From assembly GCA_965248355.1 (NCBI GenBank), contig OZ252098.1, forward strand, positions 4,832,001 through 4,896,000: a stretch of 64,000 nucleotides of DNA. Reading direction: 5' to 3'. Source of the DNA: Candidatus Latescibacterota bacterium. GTDB lineage: Bacteria > Latescibacterota > UBA2968 > UBA8231. Positions 62,498 through 64,000 of this stretch are shown piece by piece. Below the pieces are notes generated by a model. The model was not told where the DNA came from. It did not search any database and was given only the letters and a program-made list of their open reading frames with translations. The position numbers and the translations under genes were made by a program. Each line of letters opens with the position of its first letter. Within the stretch, counting starts at the first letter, position 1.

Positions 62498-62544
62498 ATG
62501 ATATTCCAAGCAAACCACAAGCCCCTTTCTCGTTTCATATGATA
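62494..62544 (-). promoter_or_regulatory. Two TCATATGA palindromes, candidate antitoxin operators
   Basis: TCATATGATA at 62494-62503 (over the toxin start codon) and at 62535-62544, in an AT-rich patch. Confidence 0.55.
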
Positions 62545-62752
62545 GATTTCATGCGCGAGACCCGGCTCTCTCACCCGCTCAGGTGCTCACAAGTGCACTC
62601 TCGGTGGTCCCGGTTGCAGCTCCTGCGAGCCCGAGACCGCCCTCTCCGCGTCCCTGGCAGGCGTCAGTCGCGGGAATGGTCGTGGGCGATGTCGGGCAGA
62701 CCGACCGGCGAAGGGTGGGGAAACCAGGCGGCCCGAGAGCTCCCAGGCCCTT

Positions 62753-64000
62753 TCATCCCCCCGCCGCCACGGCTTCGCCGTCGGCGGTCAGCACCAGCAC
62801 CTCCGCCTCCGCGTAACGCCTGAAGGCATCCGCGCTCGTGAAGTGGCGGAATCCGTGGTCGTTTGCGATCTGCAGGGTCTCCGGCTCTTCCCCGAGCAAG
62901 AGCGCCACCGGCTGGCTGTAGCTGTCCTGGAGCCCATTCGGCCAGGCCAGATCGAGTATGGCGAGCGGATGTCCCGTGTCCGGGTGCGAGAGCTCGTATC
63001 CCAGTCTCCCTTCGGGGAGTCCGTGGCCCTGGACCCACTCGTTCAGATCCATGAGGATGGCCTCTTCCTCGGCATCTGCGATTCCGCCCGGAACCGCTTC
63101 GGGTTGAGGCGCGCTGACCACGGTGTCCGGGGTTGTCTCGGCGGCATGCTCGGTCGCCCCGTCGTGCAGGAGCTCCCCCAGCAGGGCGTTGGCCGCCTGT
63201 GCGAGCAGGCGTTGGCGCTCCTCGAGGAAACCGAGGTAGTTCCCGGTTTCCCAGAGATCCTCGTCCATCGGAATCCACTGCGAGGCGAGCGCGCCCGGAA
63301 GTCGCGCCTCGATCTCGGGGAAATACTCGGAGGGTGGGAGGTCCCTGATCTGCAGATTCGTGTCCTTGGTCAGGAAGCAGAAATTGGCGATGGCGTTCAC
63401 TTGCGACTTTGAGAACCCGTGCCGGTACAGCATCCCCTTCGGGAAGATGTGATGAACCTCGAGTGCGTTCATGCTGCCCAGCAGCGTACTCTTCAGGGCC
63501 AGCCCCGTTCCCCAATCTCTGGGCGTCCCCAACCCGCGTCATGGCGTACAGCACCGGATAGAAGCGGGCCCCAAGACTCCAGCCACGAAAGTGTGCGGGC
63601 TCGACGCGCAGACTGCCGTGCCAGAGCCTTAGCTGCTCGAGGAGCCGGTCGATGGCTCCGTCGGCGTCCTGGATGGCCTCGAAGTCCTGGTTGAGGATTG
63701 TCTCGGTCGAGCCCGAGAACCGGCCCCACATGGCGCTCTGGAAGTACCAGTACAGGAGTTGGTCCCGCTCGGTGACATCCTCCAGGTGGCCGCCGCGTCT
63801 GTCGATGTACCGGGACATGACGGGCAACGCGTAGCGGCCGAAGAGAACACGATCATGGTCAAGACCCAGACGGCCGTCGATGAGGTTCAAGGCGTTTGTC
63901 GACGCATCGCTCGGTGCGAGCGAGACCATCCTGGATCGCCTCCGTCGGCTCGTCGTGAAGGTGTACGAACCGTGCCTCGCCGGTGACGATGGCGTTCACG
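62753..64000 (-). CDS. GmrSD/DUF262-type restriction-endonuclease-like protein, C-terminal part (two frameshifts near 63895-63897 and 63521-63523; 5' end outside window)
   Basis: LGLDHDRVLFGRYA...WGRFSGSTET...; LEVHHIFPK...NAIANFCFLT...N (HNH-like) across three frames that join by single-base homopolymer corrections. Confidence 0.75.

Noticed and set aside
62560..62752. Possible small ORF or hsdM 5' stub between the GmrSD-like gene and the toxin
   Set aside because: Only a 30-codon frame and very weak similarity; not supportable by eye.

Overview
GC-rich bacterial window with two halves. The left ~43 kb (1-43108) is catabolic and secretome genes, mostly on the minus strand. These include a heparinase II/III-like lyase, TauD and PhyH dioxygenases, Gfo/Idh/MocA, MlrC/M81, M19 and M20 peptidases, an SGNH hydrolase, amidohydrolase, aldo-keto reductase, oligogalacturonate-lyase-like propeller, sulfatase, DHDPS/NanA-family lyase, BNR sialidase, MFS transporter and uxuA. 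Five large proteins end in the same 'NYPNPFN' FlgD-Ig/T9SS-like tail: a YWTD/LRP-repeat protein, a WD40 protein, an FG-GAP protein and two tandem zincin-like paralogs. That gene mix resembles Latescibacterota/Poribacteria-type, often sponge-associated, genomes (inference only). The right ~21 kb (43109-64000) is a defence island. It holds a GmrSD/DUF262-type gene, an MqsR-like/MqsA-like/ParA-TPR three-gene operon, and a type I R-M system (hsdM-hsdS ... hsdR-M48). Between hsdS and hsdR lie ~6.4 kb of cargo: a DEDDh-BRCT exonuclease, orphan antitoxins, a PHP-ATPase and an AlbA_2/Schlafen-HATPase. There is also a HEPN gene split by IS256. The two most interesting signals are: (1) cargo blocks bounded by degenerate copies of neighbouring gene ends (hsdR start twice, uxuA 3' end, an antitoxin 5' end), pointing to repeated cassette-like insertion with no integrase in the window; and (2) the toxin-antitoxin-ParA/TPR triad, which looks like a TAC-type system with a P-loop ATPase where SecB would be. 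Six frameshifts fall in short homopolymers and are probably sequencing errors. No tRNA, rRNA or CRISPR array was seen.
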